From Bacteroidales bacterium (lineage in GTDB: Bacteria > Bacteroidota > Bacteroidia > Bacteroidales > CAIWKO01), in contig DAOORA010000011.1 of assembly GCA_035389045.1 (NCBI GenBank), positions 62,001 to 91,770 on the forward strand: a stretch of DNA of 29,770 bases, given 5' to 3'. The notes beneath the pieces were generated by a model. It did not search any database and was not told the origin of the DNA. It saw only the letters and a program-made list of their open reading frames with translations. Both the position numbers and the translations under genes were made by a program. This document shows, piece by piece, positions 7,981-17,845 of this stretch. Position 1 is the first letter of the stretch, and each line of letters starts with the position of its first letter.

Positions 7981-10224
7981 ATGTTACACCTTCCGGCACT
8001 CATCATCGATTTAGCTATCATACTCGGTTCTGCAGCCCTTGTGACATTACTTTTCAAAAAATTGAAACAGCCTGTGGTGCTGGGATATATTATCTCAGGC
8101 TTTCTGGTGGGTCCCCACATCAAATTGTTACCTACTGGTGTAGAAGCAGATAACATTCAAATATGGGCAGACATTGGTGTCATATTTCTGTTATTCGGGC
8201 TTGGACTGGATTTCAGTTTCAAGAAGTTGATGAAGGTGGGACACATGGCATCAATTACTGCTATGACAGAGGTTACACTTACCATGCTTTTAGGCTATTG
8301 CATTGGAAAAATACTGAACTGGAATGATATGGACAGCTTGTTTTTAGGCGGAATACTGGCTATTTCTTCAACTACCATAATCATACGCGCATTTGATGAA
8401 CTGGGGGTGAAAAATCAAAAATTCGCAGGTTTGGTTACCGGAGTCCTGGTCATTGAAGACCTTGTAGCTGTGCTGCTTCTGGTTTTGCTTTCAACAATTT
8501 CTGTCAAAAAAACTTTTGCCGGAGGAGAAATGTTTTATTCCATTATAAAACTGTTTTTTTTTCTTGTACTATGGTTTGTTTCCGGTATTTTTTTCCTTCC
8601 GACGTTTTTAAAAAAAATCCGGAAATTATTAAATGATGAAACGTTATTGATTATTTCACTGGCTTTGTGTTTTTCGATGGTGGTGCTGGCAGCCGATTAT
8701 GGTTTTTCTCCGGCCCTGGGCGCTTTCATTATGGGGTCGGTATTGGCAGAAACTACAAAAGCTGAGAAGATAGAGTACATAACAAAATCTGTAAAAAATC
8801 TTTTCGGCGCCATTTTTTTTGTTTCTATCGGAATGTTGTTAGACCCGCAAATGCTCGGAAAAAATATAGTTCCTGTTATTGCTGCCACGCTGGTGCTTTT
8901 GGTGGGGAAACCCATTTTTGTAATTTTTGGTGCAATCCTTTCAGGGCAGCCTCTTAAAACAGCAATTCAGACCGGGATGAGCCTTTCACAAATCGGTGAA
9001 TTTTCATTTATAATTGCAACCCTGGGGCTTACGCTTAAAGTAACGAGCAGTTTTTTATATCCTGTTGCTGTGGCGGTATCAGTGCTCACAACTTTTTTCA
9101 CACCATATATGATCCGTTTTTCCAGGCCGGCCGGAAAACTTATTGAGTTTCTTCTCCCGCAAAAATGGAAGTCTGCCTTGGACAGATACAGTGTCAGCGC
9201 CCAGAATATCTCTGAGATCAGTGACTGGAAAAAAGTCCTGCGGGCTAGCTTCGTCAATATTATTATTTTTTCTGTGGTCATAATAACTATAATTTTACTG
9301 AGCACCCGGTATATAGAGCCTTTATTTTTTGTTCATAAATTCAGTCGCATATTCACGGCTATAATAACTCTTATCTTTCTTTCTCCTTTTTTATGGGCAC
9401 TGGCGTTTCGGAGAACACAGCGTCAGGCGTACGCCAATGTATGGCAAAAGACATCTCTTCGCGGGCCATTGCTTGTTTTGCAATTATCAAGAATTGTTCT
9501 GGCGGTTTTATTCACCGGTTTTTTGTTTTATATGTTATTTTCTCCGTGGATTGCACTGGCAGGAGTATGTGCATCCATTATCATCCTGATCGTTTTTTCA
9601 TCGAAGATCAAATTTTTTTACAGGAAAATTGAAACCCGTTTTATGCTCAATTTAAATGATCGCGAAATATTGAGCAAACCTTCAGATGAGGTTCTCACTT
9701 CATGGGATTCCCACATCACGACATTTGTTCTGAACGAACAGTCCATGCTGGCCGGCAGGTCATTATCGGAATTGAAGATACGGGAAAAATTTGGCGTTAA
9801 CATCGTTATGATTGAACGCGGCGAACTTGTAATTAATATCCCCGGACGTGAAACCCGGATATTTCCTTATGACAAACTTACGGTTATAGGTACCGATGCA
9901 CAACTCGAAAAATTCAACGCTTTTCTGGAAACATCAACCGTTGATAATCTGTCAACAGGGAACAAACCCAAAGTTTCCCTGTATCATTTTTCTATAGGTG
10001 ATAATTCCGTTCTGATTAATAAAAACATCAGAGAATCAAAAATCCGGGAACAAACACAGGGACTTGTCATCGGTATTGAGCGCAAAGGAAAACAATTATT
10101 AAATCCCGAATCAGACGTTGTCTTTGAACTGAATGATAAGGTATGGCTGGTAGGAAATGAAAAGCAGATACTTGCCGGGGTGAAAAAATTCACAGGGCAG
10201 ACATACCCGTTCCAACAGATTTAG
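7981..10224 (+). CDS. Cation:proton antiporter (CPA2/Kef family) with two C-terminal TrkA-C (RCK_C) domains
   Basis: KQPVVLGYI..G, IGVIFLLFGLGL, ISSTTII, LVIEDL, ALGAF.MG, FFVSIG, QIGEFSFIIA; tail repeats 'L.IREKFGVNIV.IERG...P' and 'IREQTQGLVIGIERKG...NP'. Confidence 0.95.
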   Translation: MLHLPALIIDLAIILGSAALVTLLFKKLKQPVVLGYIISGFLVGPHIKLLPTGVEADNIQIWADIGVIFLLFGLGLDFSFKKLMKVGHMASITAMTEVTLTMLLGYCIGKILNWNDMDSLFLGGILAISSTTIIIRAFDELGVKNQKFAGLVTGVLVIEDLVAVLLLVLLSTISVKKTFAGGEMFYSIIKLFFFLVLWFVSGIFFLPTFLKKIRKLLNDETLLIISLALCFSMVVLAADYGFSPALGAFIMGSVLAETTKAEKIEYITKSVKNLFGAIFFVSIGMLLDPQMLGKNIVPVIAATLVLLVGKPIFVIFGAILSGQPLKTAIQTGMSLSQIGEFSFIIATLGLTLKVTSSFLYPVAVAVSVLTTFFTPYMIRFSRPAGKLIEFLLPQKWKSALDRYSVSAQNISEISDWKKVLRASFVNIIIFSVVIITIILLSTRYIEPLFFVHKFSRIFTAIITLIFLSPFLWALAFRRTQRQAYANVWQKTSLRGPLLVLQLSRIVLAVLFTGFLFYMLFSPWIALAGVCASIIILIVFSSKIKFFYRKIETRFMLNLNDREILSKPSDEVLTSWDSHITTFVLNEQSMLAGRSLSELKIREKFGVNIVMIERGELVINIPGRETRIFPYDKLTVIGTDAQLEKFNAFLETSTVDNLSTGNKPKVSLYHFSIGDNSVLINKNIRESKIREQTQGLVIGIERKGKQLLNPESDVVFELNDKVWLVGNEKQILAGVKKFTGQTYPFQQI

Positions 10225-10315
10225 CCTGGCAAATAGTTTCCCGGCCGGTCGTACCGGGTTGTGTTTATCCTTTATGCGGCACCGCTTCTGTTTATGGTTG
10301 TTGCAACGGATATAC

Positions 10316-11362
10316 TCAGGTCAATGAATTAATCGTATCACTTAATTTTTGGGCTGATTTTTCCCAGCTGTATTGCAGGGCTTTCTGATACCCGCGGCGG
10401 ATGAGTTCCTTTCTGTAGGCATCATCCGACAGCACCTTAACAATGCCTGCAGAGATGCTGTCTGTGCTTAAAGGATCGACATAGCAGGCGGCATCGCCGA
10501 ATATTTCCCTGAAAACAGGTATGTCGGACAACACCACCGGACAGCCCAGCGACATGGCCTCCAGCGGAGGAATTCCGAATCCCTCGTACAAGGACGGATA
10601 TACAAAAGCCATTGCGTTTTTGTACAATGATGCCAGTTCATTATCCGGCACATAGCCAACAGAGTTAGCAAGGATTTCTTCAGACATTTTCATATTGAAC
10701 AAGGGGGAACTTCGTCCGGCAAGCACCAGTTTGGTGTCTTTTGCGATACCGGAATTTTCATAGGCTTTAACCAGGGTGTCGAGATTTTTCCGGGGATCCA
10801 GCGATGCCACTGTGAGTATATACCGCCCCTTTTGTAATGCTTTCGCAGATAGATTATTGGTTAAGGTGCCTGAAACGGCATTATGGATGATCACAAACTT
10901 TTCATCGGGTATGCTGAGCCATCGTTGAATTTCGGTTTTGGAAAACTCGCTCACGGTAATGACTTTTTTCGACAACCGTGTAAAAACAGGTGTAATTAAC
11001 CGGTAATAAGTGCCATAAACCTTCGAAAACCATTCGGGATGAAAATAAAAAGTAATATCATGAACAGTGACAATGCGGTTTTTATAAAACAACGGACCCG
11101 GGCTGCCGAAATTGACTAACAGTGGCTTTTTGCGGGTCAGAAGATACAGGGGAAATTCGATCTGTTCCCAGAGTACGCCCGAAAAGAGTCCAAACTTAAT
11201 TATCCTGCATTTCAACTGGTATTCTTTACGGATTTTCCTGGGGGCAAGAAGGATAACTTCTGCCCCGCCGGCAGTAAGCGCCTTGCAAAGTTCGTATGAA
11301 AACCGCTGAATGCCGGTCATTTTTTGTGTTAGAAAATGGCCGTTGATATATATTTTGTTCAT
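10316..11362 (-). CDS. Glycosyltransferase family 4 (GT-B; MtfB-like)
   Basis: TGIQR, TVHD, ITVSEFSK, PRKNL, FVYPSLYEGFGIPPLEAMSLG.PVV.SD (EX7E motif). Confidence 0.93.
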   Translation of the reverse strand: MNKIYINGHFLTQKMTGIQRFSYELCKALTAGGAEVILLAPRKIRKEYQLKCRIIKFGLFSGVLWEQIEFPLYLLTRKKPLLVNFGSPGPLFYKNRIVTVHDITFYFHPEWFSKVYGTYYRLITPVFTRLSKKVITVSEFSKTEIQRWLSIPDEKFVIIHNAVSGTLTNNLSAKALQKGRYILTVASLDPRKNLDTLVKAYENSGIAKDTKLVLAGRSSPLFNMKMSEEILANSVGYVPDNELASLYKNAMAFVYPSLYEGFGIPPLEAMSLGCPVVLSDIPVFREIFGDAACYVDPLSTDSISAGIVKVLSDDAYRKELIRRGYQKALQYSWEKSAQKLSDTINSLT

Positions 11363-11403
11363 AGTTTCCGAAACACTTAATTCAAATTTTTATGGAAATC
11401 TCA

Positions 11404-12396
11404 TTACTTTCTGCCAAATAATTTCCACATGAACTGTTTTATTATATAGAGAAAATAAAAATAATACCCATACCCTCTTTCCAGTTTATAAATTTTGTCT
11501 TTCAGCGAAAGTACGAGTTTGTCACGGGGAATCGCCTGTTCTAATCCGCTGATAGTATCAACTTTTTCGGTCGGATCTTCCCGGTAGGAAGCGTAAAGTT
11601 CATTTATGACATCGAAAAGGTTGTCGCGGACACTCTTATTTAATTCCGGATCATTGCAGCGTGCTATAAGACATAAATAATATTCTAATAAATTATAGTT
11701 GAGAAAAACCTGTCCTTTTTGATGGGCGCGGTATGTCAGGGAATTTTCATGAATCCTGTACCAGATCACCGGCCTGGCAAAATAATAATAGGACCCTTTA
11801 AACGACAACAAAGTCCACAGCAGCCAATCCTCACACATCGGGAATATTTGATTATAGCTATAAGATATTCCGGTGAGCGCTTCTTTTCTGACACAGACGG
11901 TCGAGGTGCAAATCCTGTCGCTTTTCAGATAATATGGCTCATCCTGCAGGCGGTATTTCCTGTCTGAATACCCGATAATAAAATCGTGTTCCAGATTTTG
12001 TGCGCCGGCAGGCAGGTTTTTTACCTTTATCTCTCCATGAATTAAGACCACATCGGCATACTTATTAAAAATGTCAATATATTGACTTAATATTCCCGGA
12101 AGAATAATGTCATCGGCATCGAGAAAATAGATAAATTCGCCTTTGGAATCCTCAATACCCACTTTTCGTGTAGTACTCACGCCTTGGTTCACCCCGCCCG
12201 GATGCCTTAGAATCCTTATTTTCGGAGCTTTTTTCTCATATATCCGGCAAATTTCCAGCGATTGGTCTGTCGAACCATCATCAACCAGGATGAGCTCAAA
12301 CATGTCATACCCGCAGTTCAGAACAGAATCGATTGTTTCAGCAATAAACTTTTCTGCATTATAAAACGGAATGATGAACGATACCATGGGTGTCAT
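11404..12396 (-). CDS. Glycosyltransferase family 2
   Basis: VSFIIPFYN, ILVDDGSTD, NQGVS, FLDADD, EDW motifs. Confidence 0.92.
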   Translation of the reverse strand: MTPMVSFIIPFYNAEKFIAETIDSVLNCGYDMFELILVDDGSTDQSLEICRIYEKKAPKIRILRHPGGVNQGVSTTRKVGIEDSKGEFIYFLDADDIILPGILSQYIDIFNKYADVVLIHGEIKVKNLPAGAQNLEHDFIIGYSDRKYRLQDEPYYLKSDRICTSTVCVRKEALTGISYSYNQIFPMCEDWLLWTLLSFKGSYYYFARPVIWYRIHENSLTYRAHQKGQVFLNYNLLEYYLCLIARCNDPELNKSVRDNLFDVINELYASYREDPTEKVDTISGLEQAIPRDKLVLSLKDKIYKLERGYGYYFYFLYIIKQFMWKLFGRK

Positions 12397-13403
12397 AATG
12401 TTGTGCCTTTAAGTGGAAACCTTTCTTTCACCTTGGTGATCCAGGGAAAAATTTCATAATAAACCTTTTGATATTTTGTGCGGTGGGTTACCAGGTCATA
12501 AAACTGATAGATCAGATGCCTTCGTAAAAGTACGTTTTTTTTACCTAAGAGTTGTTTTAACAGTAAATAAACCAGCGCAATAAGCCACTTCAGATAGGGT
12601 GCAATGAAATTGTTTTTATTACCCGGAGCGTTTTTATATGCCATTGAATAGATGATAAACAATGTGCTGCCGCTTGTTTTCACCTGTTTCTTAATGGTTT
12701 TCAGGGTAACCCTTCCGCGACTGATATCATGACGGTACCACAATCTGTCGTCGAAATACAGTTTACTGCCCGAATAGATCACGGCGTGTGAAAGCTCAAC
12801 ATCTTCGCCCATTGCAGTTCCGGGGCCAGTATGGTTGATAAAATGAAAACCACATTTTCTGAGGAATTCCCATTGTGTTTTTCTTATAACAGAACCTGCT
12901 CCCCATATAGAGTAATCGCCTTCGGATAAATAACCCGATTTTTCATGATGTTTTCCGCAAGCAAAGGCCTGCTGCCATTTTTCAAACCATGCCGGCATTT
13001 CTTCTCCCCTGAATTCAGCTTTCCCGTAGCCTCCCAAAAGGCCGGTTTCGGGTTTTTCCCTGAAAATCTCCGAAACAGTTTTAAGATATAGGGGTTGCAG
13101 CCAGTTATCATCGTCGCAGACAAGCATCAACTCATATTTGGCCTCGTCATATCCCTTAATTAGTGCAAAGGATTTACCCATCCTCGGTTCATTGATAATC
13201 CTGAAAGGGATATCTTTTTTCATGTGGGACATGAAACTCCCGGCAACCGCAATGGTATCATCCGTGGAACCGTTATCTACCAGCAGTATCTCCCATGGAA
13301 AATCCCCCGGTATTTCCTGCTGGTCCAGCGCATCGAGTGTTGGAAACAGGCGATGTGCCCCGTTGTGAGTACAAATAATGACTGAAATACCGAATGGAGC
13401 CAT
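12393..13403 (-). CDS. Glycosyltransferase family 2
   Basis: ISVIICTHN, LVDNGSTD, CDDD, GAG, GEDVEL; its stop overlaps the next start (ATGA). Confidence 0.92.
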   Translation of the reverse strand: MAPFGISVIICTHNGAHRLFPTLDALDQQEIPGDFPWEILLVDNGSTDDTIAVAGSFMSHMKKDIPFRIINEPRMGKSFALIKGYDEAKYELMLVCDDDNWLQPLYLKTVSEIFREKPETGLLGGYGKAEFRGEEMPAWFEKWQQAFACGKHHEKSGYLSEGDYSIWGAGSVIRKTQWEFLRKCGFHFINHTGPGTAMGEDVELSHAVIYSGSKLYFDDRLWYRHDISRGRVTLKTIKKQVKTSGSTLFIIYSMAYKNAPGNKNNFIAPYLKWLIALVYLLLKQLLGKKNVLLRRHLIYQFYDLVTHRTKYQKVYYEIFPWITKVKERFPLKGTTL

Positions 13404-13499
13404 TACTAAGTATTTTGTAATAATTATGTGTTACTGAAATTAATTTTTAATGAATTTCAACAAAGCTTTCTTGTTTCATCTTACTGAACTATCTATGAA

Positions 13500-14063
13500 T
13501 TATTCCGAAAACCTGGTACGTAATTCAATGGCAAGATAGTGAAAAACGGCCGAATGAATACTTTCAACAATACCGAAATCATCCAGTGGTATGTGTAAAT
13601 TAATTTCTGACAGCCGTTTCAGTTCGCCACCATCGAAACCCGTGATGCCAACCACAGTCATGTTTTTTGAGTGTGCATAATGTACGGCACTTATAACATT
13701 TTTACTGTTGCCCGAGCAACTGATGGCAATAAGAACATCACCCTCTTCAGCAAAAGTCTGCAATTGATATGAAAATATATTTTCGTATCCGAAATCGTTA
13801 CCGACCGCGGTAATAAAGGATATATTATCCGTAAGGCTCAACGCTTTGACACGGCATTCTTTTTCCTGATAAAAAATACGTGCTCTTGAAAGGTCCTGTG
13901 CCAGGTGTGACGCATTGGATGCCGATCCGCCATTGCCAATGATAAAAATGGTTTTATTATTTATTCCTGCATTAAATATAAGATCAATTATCGCTTCTGT
14001 GTTCTCACTGGTAATTAAATCCAGGTTTTTTTTCAAATTTTGTATAAAACTGTTTATTTCCAT
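13500..14063 (-). CDS. gmhA: Phosphoheptose (sedoheptulose-7-phosphate) isomerase, SIS domain
   Basis: IGNGGSASNASH, TAVGNDFGYE.IF, IS.SGNS.NV, TGFDGG, ES.H motifs. Confidence 0.9.
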   Translation of the reverse strand: MEINSFIQNLKKNLDLITSENTEAIIDLIFNAGINNKTIFIIGNGGSASNASHLAQDLSRARIFYQEKECRVKALSLTDNISFITAVGNDFGYENIFSYQLQTFAEEGDVLIAISCSGNSKNVISAVHYAHSKNMTVVGITGFDGGELKRLSEINLHIPLDDFGIVESIHSAVFHYLAIELRTRFSE

Positions 14064-15043
14064 GTATACCTCCTGTAGTTAAAAATAATTTTAGAGCCGT
14101 CCCGTTCAAAGATAATGGGCATTTCCCTGTATTCCGAAAAAGATTTTTTCAGTTTCTCAACATGCTCACCTCTGCAATAAGCAAGTAAAAATCCGCCTCC
14201 GCCCGCTCCCAGGATTTTTCCGCCTAATGCCCCCGAGGCCATTGCTTTCTGATACATTTCATCAATGAACGTATTAGAGATGTTGCTGGATAAGCTTTTT
14301 TTGACTTCCCAGCTGGTGTTCAGCAGCCGCCCGATCTGGTCAAAATCATTTTTCAGAAGAAGTTCTTTGGCTTCGTGAACAAATGACTTCATTGTCAGTA
14401 ACTGATCTGCATGAACATGGATATGCTGTTTCTGCTCCGTGAGAATATCGCTTGATTTTCGTGTGATGCCGGTATAAAAAAGATGCAGATTTGAGTTCAG
14501 TAGCCTTTTGTTATAATCAGACATTTCGATACGGTTTACTGTTACGGATTCGTCTTTTCTGAAAATGATTTCGCACAGCCCGCCGTAAGCGGCTATATAC
14601 TGATCCTGTTTTCCTATAGGTTTTTTCAGGATATTGATTTCAATATCACAGGCTTCTCTTGCGAGTTGTTCCGCAGTAACCTGAATGCCCCGGAAAGCAT
14701 ACAACGCATTCAACAACCCGACAATGACACTGCTTGATGATCCCATCCCCGACCCTTCCGATGGGATATCAGCCACCATGGTGATTTCTATGGCCTTGCG
14801 GACACCCGTTTTTATCATGGCCTCGCGGACAAGTTCGTGCCTGATCTCCGACACAGACGAAACACGCTCTTTCTGCGAGTAATTGATTACGATATCATCA
14901 TCGAATTTTTCGTTAATGATTACAAAAATGTATTTATCAATAGCCGTGCTGACCACACAACCCTCATGTTCCTTATAAAAATCCCTGAAATCGGTTCCTC
15001 CTCCGAATAAACTAATTCTCAAAGGCGTTTGCGAAATTATCAT
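14054..15043 (-). CDS. hddA: D-glycero-alpha-D-manno-heptose-7-phosphate kinase (GHMP kinase)
   Basis: TPLRISLFGGGTD, P.GSGMGSSS, IGKQDQY..AYGG, GGKILGAGGGGF. Confidence 0.88.
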   Translation of the reverse strand: MIISQTPLRISLFGGGTDFRDFYKEHEGCVVSTAIDKYIFVIINEKFDDDIVINYSQKERVSSVSEIRHELVREAMIKTGVRKAIEITMVADIPSEGSGMGSSSSVIVGLLNALYAFRGIQVTAEQLAREACDIEINILKKPIGKQDQYIAAYGGLCEIIFRKDESVTVNRIEMSDYNKRLLNSNLHLFYTGITRKSSDILTEQKQHIHVHADQLLTMKSFVHEAKELLLKNDFDQIGRLLNTSWEVKKSLSSNISNTFIDEMYQKAMASGALGGKILGAGGGGFLLAYCRGEHVEKLKKSFSEYREMPIIFERDGSKIIFNYRRYTWK

Positions 15044-15756
15044 GTTCGTTTTTTAATATGTTTTTTCCAAATTTCCTGTGCGGTTTTATAATCCTCAACG
15101 GATCCGATATCAATAATGCATTTATCCGTTTTTAAAACATACATTTTATCAGTGATAAGCGGCATAACGGATTTCCCGAAATCAAGCGGAATATCCGGAA
15201 AATGCAAATCATAATTAAAGATTTCCCGGTTCAGCACCCCGATCCCGGCATTGGCATAATTCGTTCTGGGACACAACGGCTTTTCTTCAAAACTGATGAC
15301 CTTTCCGGTATGTAAATCATATTCAAATATCCCTTTTTCCGTAGGCTTATCCGTTTCATAAATAAAGGTCGTAAAGACAGAATCCACTGATTTATGAAAA
15401 TCAATTATTCCGGTCAACGAAACATCCGTAAGATTATCAGAATACAGCAGCAAAAAATCATTGTCGTTTTCAAAAAAATGTTTATTGGCAAAGATTGTGC
15501 CTGCACTGCCCAGCAACTGTGGTTCATAAACCAGTGTGATGCCGATTTTGTTTTTTCTTCGTTTAACCGATTCCTGAACTTTTCCGGCCAGGTAATGGGT
15601 GTTTATCAGTACATCGGAAATATTTTCGCTTTCAAGTAAATCAAGCCAGTGATAAAGAAGTGGTTTGTCGTCAATAGTTAGAAGGCACTTGGGCTGGTCA
15701 TCTGTCAGCGGCCTTAAACGTGTGCCCAGGCCTGCCGAAAGTAATATCGCTTTCAT
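15040..15756 (-). CDS. hddC: Heptose-1-phosphate guanylyltransferase-like nucleotidyltransferase
   Basis: KAILLSAGLGTRLRPLT..PK, LLGSAG, EEKP, DIGS; translationally coupled to hddA (ATGA). The gene symbol rests on context. Confidence 0.75.
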   Translation of the reverse strand: MKAILLSAGLGTRLRPLTDDQPKCLLTIDDKPLLYHWLDLLESENISDVLINTHYLAGKVQESVKRRKNKIGITLVYEPQLLGSAGTIFANKHFFENDNDFLLLYSDNLTDVSLTGIIDFHKSVDSVFTTFIYETDKPTEKGIFEYDLHTGKVISFEEKPLCPRTNYANAGIGVLNREIFNYDLHFPDIPLDFGKSVMPLITDKMYVLKTDKCIIDIGSVEDYKTAQEIWKKHIKKRT

Positions 15757-15823
15757 TATTATCTGTTATGAATACTGAATTATAAAGTGCCGCTTATAAA
15801 ATGAACAAGGATTTAATAACCAT

Positions 15824-15831
15824 CAAAATTA
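15824..15831 (-). promoter_or_regulatory. Possible -7 promoter box (TAATTTTG) for the heptose/GT operon
   Basis: TAnnTTTG match ~70 nt upstream of the ATG at 15756. Confidence 0.4.
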
Positions 15832-15875
15832 ATGATTTTTCTTTAAAATGCGTATTGACGGTTTCCTAATGGTTG

Positions 15876-15948
15876 AATCTTTTTTTGAGGTGGCAGAAAT
15901 AAAGATTCCTCATTTCGTACCGATAGCTATCGGTGCTGCATTCAGAAT
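15876..15948. repeat. REP-like palindromic element
   Basis: Perfect 16-bp palindrome accgatagctatcggt (15919-15934) embedded in agattcctc...cagaat, plus a gaatcttt/aaagattc inverted pair. Confidence 0.55.
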
Positions 15949-16109
15949 TCCTAATTTCCGTCCATTTCACAAGCTGGTGTGCCTGAAACTTGCTACAGGT
16001 ATATAAATACAAACAACTCACAAACATATGTATAATATATATAATCAATACTACAGGATTATTTTTTTAGGTTTTAGAATGATTGCCGTCAAATCAGTAC
16101 TTTTGTTGT

Positions 16110-17462
16110 GTGAAAACACTACTAATATACCCCCCCTGCGGATCAATAACTGAGAATTTTCATGTTATGCCCCTGGGTGTTTGTGCGCTTAAATCATTTC
16201 TGGTGGTGAATGGCAGGGAAGCCAGTGTTATGGATCTAAACATGAAAATGTTCCTGAAAAATGACCATAAAGAATTATGGCAGGAAAAAAATTTAAACCT
16301 GTGGATAAATAAAACTGATTTTTATAAGAAAATACTGCCGGTATTGGATATGGAGGAGATGTTGGATCTTATCCTATCCAGGGACGATGATATTGTCGGG
16401 TTTTCAATCAATCATGCCTCTGTGAATACTTCGCTGATTCTGACGAGGGAAATCAAAAAACATTCACAAAAAAAAGTCATTTTTGGCGGCGCCGGGTGTT
16501 ATGAGGCTTATCTCGAAGAATATTTAAAAAGCGGTGTTGATGCCATAGTGAAAGGAGAAGGAGAACTGACGTTGCTGGAACTCACTGAAGATTTCAGGTT
16601 ATGCAAAGGGGTTTATATGCTTCAAAACGACACGGCTGTTTTTGGCGGTAACAGAGAACTGATTGACATTAACACCCTGCCGTTCCCTGATTTTGATGAT
16701 ATCATTGAGGATTATAAAAAACATAACCCCTATGCGTGGGTGACTTCCTCCTTTTTAAGAGGGTGTACCAACCGCTGTGCTTTTTGTGATGAAAGTCCCT
16801 ATTGGCAGAGAATACGTCAGCGTTCACCCCGGAATATTGTTGATGAGCTTCTGTTTCTAAAATCGAAATACCAAACGGGAGGCTTCACCAAAGGGGATTC
16901 AACATTGGTTGATGCTGCGGAAACCATGTTTCAGATCTGCGATCTGATCAAAGAAAATAATCTTAAAATCGAATGGTCATCACAGGCCAGGCCCGAAAAA
17001 TGGCTTACCCTTGAACTTTTGCAGAAAATGTATCATGCCGGTTGCAATGCGCTGAGTTTTGGCGTAGAAAGCGGCAGCCAGAGGATACTTGATAAAATGA
17101 ACAAAAAACTGAATGTCGGGGTCATTGAACAGGTGATCAAAGATGCCAAAAATGCAGGGATTGCGGTTACTGTCAATTTGATGGTAGACTCTCCCGGTGA
17201 ACGGGTTACTGATTTTTTTAAAACCATTATGCTGATCATAAAAACCAGGGGGTATGTACATACAATAAATGTATCCACAGCCGGGATCCCCTACCGAAGC
17301 GACTGGTACAGAAATCCTTCCAAATACGGAATTGTGAATGGCCGGCGCTGGCACTCCAAACATTACAGAAATAATTTTATAACAGCGGGAATTAAAAAAA
17401 TTATTTTGAATGGAATTAAAAAAATTATTTTTTGTTTAATCCGGAAAAATAAAAAGAAGTAA
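16110..17462 (+). CDS. Cobalamin-binding radical SAM protein (class B methyltransferase-like)
   Basis: Probable GTG start at 16110 (MKTLLIYPP; the ORF track extends to 16083). B12 domain motifs PLG, DLN, IVGFS, IFGG, VKGEGE, LPFPDF; RGCTNRCAFC (CxxxCxxC); FGVESGSQRILDKMNK. Confidence 0.9.
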   Translation: MKTLLIYPPCGSITENFHVMPLGVCALKSFLVVNGREASVMDLNMKMFLKNDHKELWQEKNLNLWINKTDFYKKILPVLDMEEMLDLILSRDDDIVGFSINHASVNTSLILTREIKKHSQKKVIFGGAGCYEAYLEEYLKSGVDAIVKGEGELTLLELTEDFRLCKGVYMLQNDTAVFGGNRELIDINTLPFPDFDDIIEDYKKHNPYAWVTSSFLRGCTNRCAFCDESPYWQRIRQRSPRNIVDELLFLKSKYQTGGFTKGDSTLVDAAETMFQICDLIKENNLKIEWSSQARPEKWLTLELLQKMYHAGCNALSFGVESGSQRILDKMNKKLNVGVIEQVIKDAKNAGIAVTVNLMVDSPGERVTDFFKTIMLIIKTRGYVHTINVSTAGIPYRSDWYRNPSKYGIVNGRRWHSKHYRNNFITAGIKKIILNGIKKIIFCLIRKNKKK

Positions 17463-17573
17463 AGTTGTTGCCATTTAAATGCCTGATGAAATTAGAGTAC
17501 ATTACTTGTGCTATCGGATTAATTTATTATACAGTCTTTTATTTCACATAACATTGTGAAGAATTATAGTCTT

Positions 17574-17734
17574 AGAAACTGTTTTGATTTTATGTTACAT
17601 AAGATTTATGATGGATTTTTTAGCGAAACGAGGCAGATTTTGCAGACATAGTTTATCCTATGTCGAAAAATCTAACGAAGTTGCAGCAAAAAAGACGCAT
17701 AAAGATATGGAAAGATAAAATCAAAACAATTTCT
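17574..17734. mobile_element. MITE-like palindromic element (161 bp)
   Basis: TIRs agaaactgttttgattttat / ataaaatcaaaacaatttct are 19/20 complementary; central hairpin gacatag-tttatc-ctatgtc (17645-17664) framed by gaggcag...aacgaag. Confidence 0.7.
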
Positions 17735-17845
17735 TAATATGCTGCCAGGCTGTTTAATTTTATTTATTTTTGTTTTCTATTTCTGTGGTAATCACACAAA
17801 ATTTAAAGCATTTAAAAGCGAAGAAAGATCACCTAATTGTTTATT

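Noticed and set aside
16130..16136. C7 tract near the rSAM start as a phase-variation site
   Set aside because: Short, and encodes the family-typical YPP motif.
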